Assembly: GCF_009914755.1 (NCBI RefSeq)
Contig: NC_060927.1
DNA from: the human T2T-CHM13v2.0 reference genome, Homo sapiens
Strand: one strand, 5' to 3'
Length of the DNA stretch: 64,000 nucleotides
Shown: positions 54,811 through 64,000 of the stretch, in pieces
Position numbering within the stretch: the stretch's first letter is position 1
How the letters are laid out: each line of letters opens with the position of its first letter
The notes under the pieces: model-generated
What the model was told of the DNA's origin: nothing
Seen by the model: only the letters and a program-made list of their open reading frames with translations
The model's database searches: none
Position numbers and translations under genes: made by a program

Positions 54811-57775
54811 GGTAGTAGCCTTTTATATGTTTATCATTGCTCCTTCAAATGGGACAATCACAATGGGTGTTTGACCAAATGCAAATAAAATTCATAAATT
54901 AGAGTTCAAACTTCAATTGTGAAAGTTCATCTTGACTTTCTGAGATCTCCCTGAATTTACATAAGCTTTACCCTAGCCATTCATATTTAGTATACAACTT
55001 CCATTGCTGGGTGAATGATGCTGGGTTGAGTGGTTGGAGGGGTAACTTTACAGACAGGAAGGTTCTCACAAACGCATGTGATTTTATAAAAATTCACACA
55101 TCGCAGCAAGTTTCAAACAGTATCACAGTGTAATAGGCTGTCAATATTAGGATAAGAAATGAAGGAATTCTCTATAAATTTACATTCATGCTTGTATTTG
55201 ACATGCAGGAAAACCTGAAAGTTTATACAAATGAGTATTTCTTTTAAAAAAAGAAAAACTTGTTCGAGATAGCTTCCTAAAGAAGTATCACATTTTAGAG
55301 AGCTTACAACTTCCCTGGAAAATGTAGATAATGATCATGAACTCCGAGTAGAGCTTGCTTTTTCTTTCTAATATCTCAGGGTTTTATCACCAATATTTCT
55401 AATCTCCACATTTAGCTATGTAAAGACATTCACTAGTAGATGTAAATAATTCACATTGGTTAATATTTAAGTAAGTGTGATGTATTACTTAATATGGTAC
55501 AATATTCTTACCTTTAAAAAATAATGAAATGACATTGAGAATATCAGTTCCTTAAACACCTGGTCTACTGTGCTGTGGAATTTTTTTTTTAAAAAAGAAT
55601 AATCTAGCCTTTTAGTTCTAATATATAGTATCAAATTACTAAACAGCTTTTGATCAAAGTGACCTTCCTTTGAATTAGAAAAAACTAGGCTTCATACAAT
55701 AAGTAAAGAATAATCACTTCACCTTAGGCTATAATAACTTCTCAAATGCATCACTAAACAAGCTTACAGATAGCTTAGATTTTAGCAAAAGAATCCCATT
55801 TAAAACTTTATTAAATATATATGTGTCCCAAAGATATGTATTACTAGTAGGGAATTTTTTGATTCAGTACTACTTTTCTTAGTTTTAATTATATAGAAAT
55901 ATGTGATTCAGTCCAGCCATGAAAATAAGCGCACTGCACCATGCATTTAGCATCTGAAAGAAATCAGGGCAGCCTAATGAAAAGCAGGTAAAGGACCTGA
56001 TAAGAATAAGGAAGTAGGTGGAATGAAACAGTTGACACATGTTGCTTCTCTTTTCTAGAGCTCTTTTGCTGGTGTTTATGAGAATCTATGGGGGGATTCT
56101 GAAGTTATCTGGTAAAGAGAGACACCAATGCTTTATCATTTTTTAAAAGATTACTTAAAAGCTTATGAGGAGTACAAACAAAGGAGAGACAAAAAGTCAA
56201 TATGAACTAGAATAGTTACAATGAAAATTTTGCAAATCAAGTCATGTTATCCAAAATCATTATTTTGCTTATATTAGAGTTTAAAACAATTCATATGGTA
56301 TGTATTTAAATGAGGACACCTGGAAAATCAATATAAGATATTCAATTATTGGTAGCTACTAAAATTTATCAGAATGAGTTATTAAAAATTATCCAAATGT
56401 GTTTTCATAAAAGCTGTTTCATAATTAGACATTAAAATACAATGCCAATAGTATAATAACAGTTATCTCAAAAACTGAATTTGTCTATTTATAATGAAGC
56501 ACCATTTTTGTGTCCCAGAAAGTGATTTTCTTAGATCTGGTCAGTGGTTAGACCACATGCAAGAAATATTACATACAGATTCACTGTTTTGAGGAGAGAT
56601 TTGGCTGAGGTACACGTGGCGGAGGACTCCAAGCTTGCTATAGTGTTTTAGGGATTTTACTCTTAAATTTTTCATACCATGTGTATATTGTGAAATAAGA
56701 TTAGAAGAATTAATGGTTAAGGAGGACATATGAAATTTCAATTAATGTTGCTTTACTCTAATAATCCAAGTTCTAAAGATAAACTCTCAGATAGAACATG
56801 ATAAGCTATCCAAGAGCAGAAAGTGACGAGATACAAAATCCTTGAGGCCTAAGGTCTTGGAAGTGAAGATTCATTAACAATCTGCTTGCCTCTAATTAGT
56901 ACGATTTTTCTGTTGACTGTTACCCTCTAATTTTTTCACCATGATATAATTCACATACATGATAATATGTAAACTTTATTCCTTAGAAAGAGAATGGGTT
57001 AGATAATAATAAAATAAAGTCAGCAATAAAACAAAAAACCAAAACTTGCTTTATTTTTTATCAAAGAATATGTCTCTGCCTTTTTGAATAGACACAACCA
57101 CATACAAAGAAAAAGTGAAGCAGATATATTTATAAATAAAGTTCTCAGAAAAAAAAATAAAGGTGGCAAGTAGAGTATTCCTTAAGCAAAGGAAATCAAG
57201 AAAACTAATAAACCAAAATGCTTTTACTTTTTAAAATGTATAAACAGACTGTTATTACTTTTGTTTTGTCCCAACTTGTTGTATTTTTATAAATGCCTAA
57301 TTTTAAAACAGCACTGGGCTTCACCAGTATCTCAGCAGCATGATTTTGTATGACAGATTTATTCGGATTGCTATTGAGATGTAAAATATTTGGAAAGTCT
57401 CTATCTATTGTTTGGCTGAGTTACCTTGTGTGAACTAGAAATATATGCTGAAACTGCCAGCTACTGCATAAAATATTTCATTAACATTGTGACCTCATTT
57501 GTTAGATTGAATTGCAGTCTTTTTGTCAAATATCCCCCCACAGATATATTCTGTTCTACAAAAATAGAATAAAAACAACACAAATGAGAAGATAATTAAT
57601 TCATATCTGTGAAACTCAGAATGCCCAGAATGTAACAATTAACACTGTATATGATACAAATTGCAATTAAATTTCCATTTTTATTATAGTTTAGGTAACA
57701 GAACTTTGCAAATACTTTGCAATTTTTAAAATTTTCTTTCATGGCAGAGATTCATTCAAATTAGATGTTTTTAAT

Positions 57776-57778
<3 letters not shown>

Positions 57779-57848
<70 letters not shown>
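57779..57848. repeat. Compound microsatellite (CT)17(GT)18
   Basis: Pure CT run 57779-57812 directly followed by pure GT run 57813-57848. Confidence 0.95.
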
Positions 57849-57849
<1 letters not shown>

Positions 57850-58237
57850 TATGTGAAATAAAGCAAAACCGTGCCCAGCCAGGGAATTTGCAGGATGTGA
57901 TCATGCCCATCAGAAAGAAGAAGGCAACTGGCAGATGAAAATACACTACATGGAGGATGACTTGGCACATGCATATTATAAATATATAGGGATATCCGCA
58001 GTGCTTACCACAAATATGTGTATTGCACTATAGAGAAGATTGAATAACTGACTTAAAACTACAGGCATAAATGGATTCACGTGCAAACTGAATGCAATGA
58101 AAGAAGGCAAGAATGCCAAGGGCTGAGATTTTGAGGTGTGTAGTAAGTGAGGGAATGCATGGTCTAATAGCAGAATAAATGCTTATAGCTTTGACACTAC
58201 CTCATAAAGGGAACAATTAATTTTGAACTCTTCATTT

Positions 58238-58547
58238 TTTGGAGGGGGGTGTGGTGGGGATGGAGTCTCACTTTGTTGGCCAGTCTAGAGTGCAGTGGCA
58301 CAGTCTCAGCTCACTACAACCTCCGCCTCCTGGGTTCAAGTGATTCTCCTGCCTCAGCCTTCTGAGTGACTGGGACTACAGGCATCTGCCACTACACCCA
58401 GCTAATTTTTGTATTTTTAGTAGAGACGGGGTTTCACCATGTTGGCCAGGCTGGTCTAGAACACCTGACCTCATGATCTGCCGGCCTCCACCTCCCCAAA
58501 TGCTGGGATTACAGGCGTGAGCCAAGCGTGAGCCAAGGTAGCTGGCC
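58238..58547 (-). mobile_element. AluS (Sg-like) with 14-bp TSD and a C-rich tail
   Basis: TSD tgaactcttcattt (58224-58237) / tgaattcttcattt (58548-58561); gacctcatgatc variant. Confidence 0.92.
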
Positions 58548-58628
58548 TGAATTCTTCATTTAAAAGCAGGGTTTATCTAGTAATGCTGTAAGTTCCTGCT
58601 TCTGCCTTATACTATATACTCTGTTTCT

Positions 58629-58631
<3 letters not shown>

Positions 58632-58672
<41 letters not shown>
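58632..58672. repeat. (CA)n microsatellite
   Basis: Pure AC run. Confidence 0.95.
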
Positions 58673-58676
<4 letters not shown>

Positions 58677-59364
58677 CTACCAAAAAATTTTAACTACTCC
58701 TACTTTATAGCATCCCTGTTAGTTATTTTTTTTTTCTATTTCAATCTCCTGTTTACCTTAATATATCCCTTTTGACATTAAGAGACTTTTCCCAATTTTC
58801 AAGCTGGTGTCTGAGTGTATGGCTAGTTTGGCAGGTCTACCTCTCTCCATTTACTTAAAACTTTATCTAGGGGAATAATGCAAGAGATGAGGGAGGTGTG
58901 AGAAGGAAGCTTCAGGGTAAGAGTGAAACTTTTTAAATGACAGATCTTACAACACTTTTTTAATTCAATAACAGAATTTTCCACGGAAGTTTTGAGTTTG
59001 GTATCACATCTTAAATTAATAAACTATATTTTAAAAACAAAATTATAGATAGTTATGTGGTCTTGCTGAGGTAGACAATCTGACAGCATAATCAAATTTC
59101 CTTCAACTAACTATTCTAGTAGATTTCATAGATGTGTAATGGCAGTTGGGTTGGCGTGGGTAGGATAATGTGATCATGGCTCCTACACTTAGACATCCTA
59201 TATGTTAACACAGTATGCTACCTGGGAAAAATTGAGGGGATAGCATATATGCAGTAAAGCTGAAGGGTATAGGCAAGGGATATTTCTCAAGGGTTCATGT
59301 GTGCCATTCTAAATTTTTAAAAATTATATTCTCAACAAGTTTAGTATGTGGATATATATTAGAG

Positions 59365-60710
59365 GTTATGTTTTATTTGTGTAAATGTATGGGGTACATG
59401 TGAAATTTTGATACATGCATAGTGTAGTGGTGAAGCCAGAGATTTTAGGTTATCCATCACCTGAATAACGTACATTGTGCACATTAAGTAATTTCTCATC
59501 ATTTACCTTGTCCACCTCCTAAACCTCTGAGTCTTCATTGCCTATAATTCCACACTCTACGTTTATGTGTACACATTATTTATCTACCCCTTATCAGTGA
59601 GAACATCAGGCATCTTTCTGTGCCTGAGTTGCTTCACTTAAGATAAAGGCCTCCAGTATCAACATCATATAGGACATTTGAACTTAGGAGCCATAATCTG
59701 TAACATTACCCTACCCATACCAATCCAACTTATGTCACAGATCTATGAAATTTACTAAACAAGTTAGTTGCAACAAATCTGATTATTCTGTCATCTGCCT
59801 AACTCCAGAAGATAGTCATACTGTTTCTTCTCTTTAAATTAAAGACATGATTTTTTTATTTCTAAATGTAATTATATTGGACATATTTACTACATTTTTA
59901 AAATCCAGTTATCCATTGGTGAACATTTAGGCTGATACATTATCTTTGCTACTGTGAATTGTGCTGTGATAAACATACAAATGACAGTGTATTTTTAATA
60001 TAATTATTTCTTTTCCTTTGGGCAGATAACCAGTAGTTGAATTGCTGGCTCGAATGGTAGTTCTATCTTTACTTCTTTGAGAAATCTTCATATTATTTCT
60101 TATAGATGTTGTACTAACTTGCATTCCCAACAATAAGTGTTCCCTGTTCTCTGCATTCTTGCCATTTGTTGTTTTTCTGACTTTTTCATAATAGCCTTTC
60201 TGACTAGTATAAGATGATATCTCACTGTGGTTTTAATTTGCATTTCTCTAATGATTAGTGATATTAACCATTTTTATATGCCTATTGGCCATTTGAATGA
60301 AAAATATCCATTCATGTCATTTGTCCACTTTTTAATGGAATTATTTGTTTCAATTCATTGCTGTTGTTGAGTTGTTGGGAGTTCTGTATAAGTTCGAGAT
60401 ACTATTCCCTCTTCAAATGCATAGTTTGAAAGTATTTTCTCCCATTTTGCAGGTTATCTATTCACTCTGTTGATTATTTATTTTATTGTACAGAAGCTTT
60501 TTCATTTAATTAATTCAATTTTTCTATTTTTGTTTTTGTTGCCTGTTCTTTTGAGGTCTTAGTGATGAATTCATTGCTTAGACCAATGTCCAGAAGAGTT
60601 TTACCCGGGTTTTCTCCTAGAACTCATAGTTTCAGGTCTTACATATAAGTCTTTAATCTATCTTGAGCTGATTTTTGTACATAATAAGAAACAAGATCCA
60701 GTTTTATTAT
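59365..60710 (-). mobile_element. 5'-truncated L1PB4-like element with a ~175-bp non-L1 insert at 59666-59840
   Basis: L1PB4-type 3'UTR (gtagtggtgaag...tatccatcacctgaataacgtacattg...taagtaatttctcatc); ORF2 3' end to ~60710. Confidence 0.85.
59666..59840 (-). repeat. Inverted copy of the flank ~59028-59204 embedded in the L1PB4
   Basis: Reverse complement has tgacagaataatcagattt..caactaac..tagtaaatttcatagat..agttggattgg..tgggtagggtaatgt..atggctccta..tcctatatg, collinear with 59080-59204. Confidence 0.85.
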
Positions 60711-60769
60711 TTAAAGTAAACAAAAGCCATGTAAAAGTTTTAACATTTTTAAGTTAAATGTACTTTTTA

Positions 60770-61094
60770 TTTATTTATTTATTATACTTTAAGTTCTGGG
60801 GTACATGTGCAGAATGTGCAGTTTTGTTACATATGTATACACGTGCCATGGTGGTTTACTGCACCCATCAACCCGTCATCCACATTAGGTACTTCTCCTA
60901 ATGCTATACCTCCCATAGCCCCCCATCCCCTGACAACTCCCAGTGTGTGATGTTCCCCTCCCTGTGTCCATGTGTTCTAATTGTTCAGCTCCCACTTATG
61001 AGTGAGAAGATGCTGTTTGGTTTTCTGTTCTTGTGTTAGTTTGCTAAGAATGATGGTTTCCAGCTTCATCCATGTCCCTGCAAAGGACATGAAC

Positions 61095-61134
<40 letters not shown>

Positions 61135-62036
61135 TGAGAAGGAGTCTCGCTCTGTCACCAGGCTGGAGTGCAGTGGCACGATCTCAGCTCACTGCAGCAT
61201 CCGCCTCCTGGGTTCAAGTGATCTCCTGCCTCAGCCTTCCAAGTAGCAGGGACTACAAGCATGCACCACCAAGCGCAGCTAATTTTTTTGTATTTTTAGT
61301 AGAGATTGGGTTTCACCATGTTGGCCAGGATGGTCTCGATGTCATGACCTTGTGATCTGCCTGCCTCGGCCTCCCAAAGTGCTGGAATGACATGAACTCA
61401 TCCTTTTTTATGGCTGCATAGTATTCCATGGTGTATATGTGCCTCATTTTCTTTATCCAGTCTAACATTGATGGGCATTTGAGTTGGTTTCAAGTCTTTG
61501 TTATTGTGGATAGTGCTGCAATAAACATACGTGCACATGGGTCTTTATAGTAGAATGATTTATGATCTTTTGGGTATATACCCAGTAACGGGATTGCTGG
61601 GTCAAATGTATTTCTAGTTCTAGAACCTTGAGGAATCGCCACACCGTCTTCCACAATGGTTGAACTAATTTACACTCCCACCAACAGTGTAAAAGCATTC
61701 CTATTTCTCCACATCCTCTCCAGCATCTGTTCTTTCCTGACTTTTTAATGATCACCATTCTAACTGGCGTGAGATGGTATCTCCTTGTGGTTTTAATTTG
61801 CATTTCTCTAATGACTAGTGACGATGGGCTTTTTTTCATAGGTTTATTGGCTGCATTAACGTCTTCTTTGGAAAAGTGTCTGCTCATATTCTTTGCCCAC
61901 TTTTTGATGGGGTTGTTTTTTTCTTGTAAATTTGTTTAAGTTCCTTGTAGATTCTGGATATTAGCCCTTTTTCAGATGAATAGATTGCAAAAATTTTCTC
62001 CCATTCTGTAGGTTGCCTATTCACTCTGATGATAAT
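60770..62036 (-). mobile_element. 5'-truncated L1PA7 with a long (~32-34 bp) target duplication
   Basis: L1PA7 3'UTR; ORF2 C-terminus 61501..61887; flanks 60738-60769 and 62037-62070 align. Confidence 0.9.
61097..61388 (-). mobile_element. AluSc with (TTTC)n tail, nested in L1PA7, 11-bp TSD
   Basis: ctgtcaccaggct (Sc-type single-C deletion), gatggtctcgat; TSD gacatgaactc at 61086-61096 and 61389-61399. Confidence 0.9.
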
Positions 62037-64000
62037 TTTTAACAAGTTTTTCAGTCAAATTTACTTTTTAGAGTGGTTTCTTTGTTAGCAATGTGGAGAA
62101 TTGTGACACAGATGGCATTAGTTGATAAAAATTGTGATTAGAAAGAAGTCAGTGGCAAAAGTCCAGAAAAGATGTGACAAATTAGAGGAGCAGATACTAA
62201 AGAATAAAATTTTAAAATATTTACTAGACATTAGGAATAGAGTGAGAGTAGCACATTGTATTTAGTTAATGGAGGAATATTTTGATCTAAATATGGTGGA
62301 ATAATATTCTGCCTTTGAAAATCTTCTTCCCCGCCCATGGTGGTATTTTAGAGATAGGTATGAGGAGAGAATTGGCTGATTTCGTAATACGAAGGCAAGT
62401 AGCGGGCAAGTCACATGAGACCTGAATTTATTAAATGTTTTTTTTTTCCCCATATCAGTTAGCCAGGCTCATCAAGCATAATGATATCATGTACTGATAA
62501 ATTATGAAAATTAGTTGTGGATATTTCAAAATAGGAAGGTAAGTATTTTTCAACAGCTATACAAACAGTATAACAATTAAGAGATTTTTGTCAAATATTA
62601 AGTAATACAGTCTTGTGATTACTATAGTAAGTTTCTCCCTGTTTCTTTCTAATAATACACTTTGTGAAGGAATGCCACAATTGTGGTTTCAATATAGAGT
62701 CATTTTTAAAATGCTAATCCAAATTTGGCAAAATACATAAGAAGCGTTTCTTTCATAAAAACAAACAGTGGAGACAGAAGGTTTAAAATGAGAAACACAC
62801 CTAAATTTTGATTCATTATCAAGTAAACTGAAAAAAAGAACATTCACAATTTTGCAAATTATCAAACCTTATTTTTAATTTAAATTATAAATTAATTTAT
62901 TCCAAACCAAAAGGCTGTTTGAGGCATGAAGAATTTCTTATGAATATTTTGAATTTTGCCAATCATAAGGCATAACTAGCATCTTAAAAAAATTAGTGTA
63001 TAAGCTATCTGCTGATTTCACTTTTGTTACATCTTGAAATCATTAAGGGATATTCTAAAATGAGTTCTTACTATGCCTTGAATGCAACTAACCTTCAAAA
63101 TACTCACTTGCTTATGAGTGTAAAAGGATATACATTGCTTTGCTGTATTCATGAAATTTAGCATGTGATGAAAACTGCCTATTCAATTTGTATCTATCTA
63201 TAGGCAAATTTTAGAAAAAGCAGAGGCTGTCTTTATTGATCATTCCTTCATAATTACTGAATACATAATTTCTTAGTTATACAAGCCAAGTAACAAGAGA
63301 AGAATATCGTGCCATGATATCCAATTTACATAGATATTATATCCATTCTTATTTGAGATCCTGCTTATCTAGGTATTACTTTGTATTACAAAATTTAGAT
63401 ATGCAGGTTAACTCTCATTGAAGGCATACAGACTAGCTTCCACCCTGAAGCCCCAGAGAAAGCTGCAGGCATTTGTGTAGTCTACAATTGTCACCTCCAA
63501 TCCCCAGGAATAGGTTTTATCACAGAATTCATTTTCACTGTCTTTTCAAGGATATGAGATTGCCTGAATTGCTGGCTGCAGAAATCTCAGTAATTTTTTT
63601 CACACACTAGCCCTGCAAAATTTGCCCCCTATGCGGGAAGAAGTCTCTAGAAATAAAGGGGTAGCAAGAATTTCTAACTCTCAAGAAGAAAATCATTTGT
63701 TTTAATTGTGTTTTGGTTTGTGCTATAATATAAATCATCTCTATTGCTACGTGATATGTACACAATAAATAGGTTTTCAGAATGATTAAACGCCTTGGCC
63801 TCACTTCAACTATTATTTTCAAAAGCCATTTATTCTGGGCGTAGGAGAAAACCATAGCAAATATTTATGAAATCATTTGAAACTAGTGTTATTTCTATGA
63901 GTATCTTCAATATTCTCATTTTTTCCTAAAGAGAGTGTGTTTTATGTTGGCAAAGTAGTAATTAAAAGACAGTTCATGCCTTTACAAAGTATTTCTTAAT

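Overview
AT-rich, CpG-depleted primate (most likely human) non-coding DNA, typical of a gene desert or large intron, made up largely of decayed transposable elements. I see no protein-coding gene: the ORF-track hits are broken L1 ORF1/ORF2 pieces, Alu/LTR read-throughs or low-complexity artefacts. Main elements: a near full-length L1MA2/3 (-, ~2.0-10.45 kb); a 5'-inverted L1PA15/16 (14.4-19.6 kb) containing a complete MSTA provirus; a full-length L1PA7 (-, 29.8-36.6 kb) containing an AluYe-like element; a long L1MB (+, 38.3-45.3 kb) with nested L1PA8, AluY and AluJ; an ERVL/LTR16 remnant interrupted by MLT1; an L1PB4 and an L1PA7+AluSc near 59-62 kb; plus MIR, L2, hAT MITEs and microsatellites. 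Subfamily names come from recalled consensus sequences, not from a search. The most notable signal is three independent retrotransposon insertions, each carrying an inverted copy of nearby target-site DNA: at an L1PA7 5' junction (3820-4049), at an AluY 5' junction (43188-43262) and inside an L1PB4 3'UTR (59666-59840). Hand-counted arm identity (~85%, 92%, ~75-80%) follows the age of each element, which suggests template switching onto local DNA during insertion. Two + strand non-coding exon candidates with strong splice signals are also noted.
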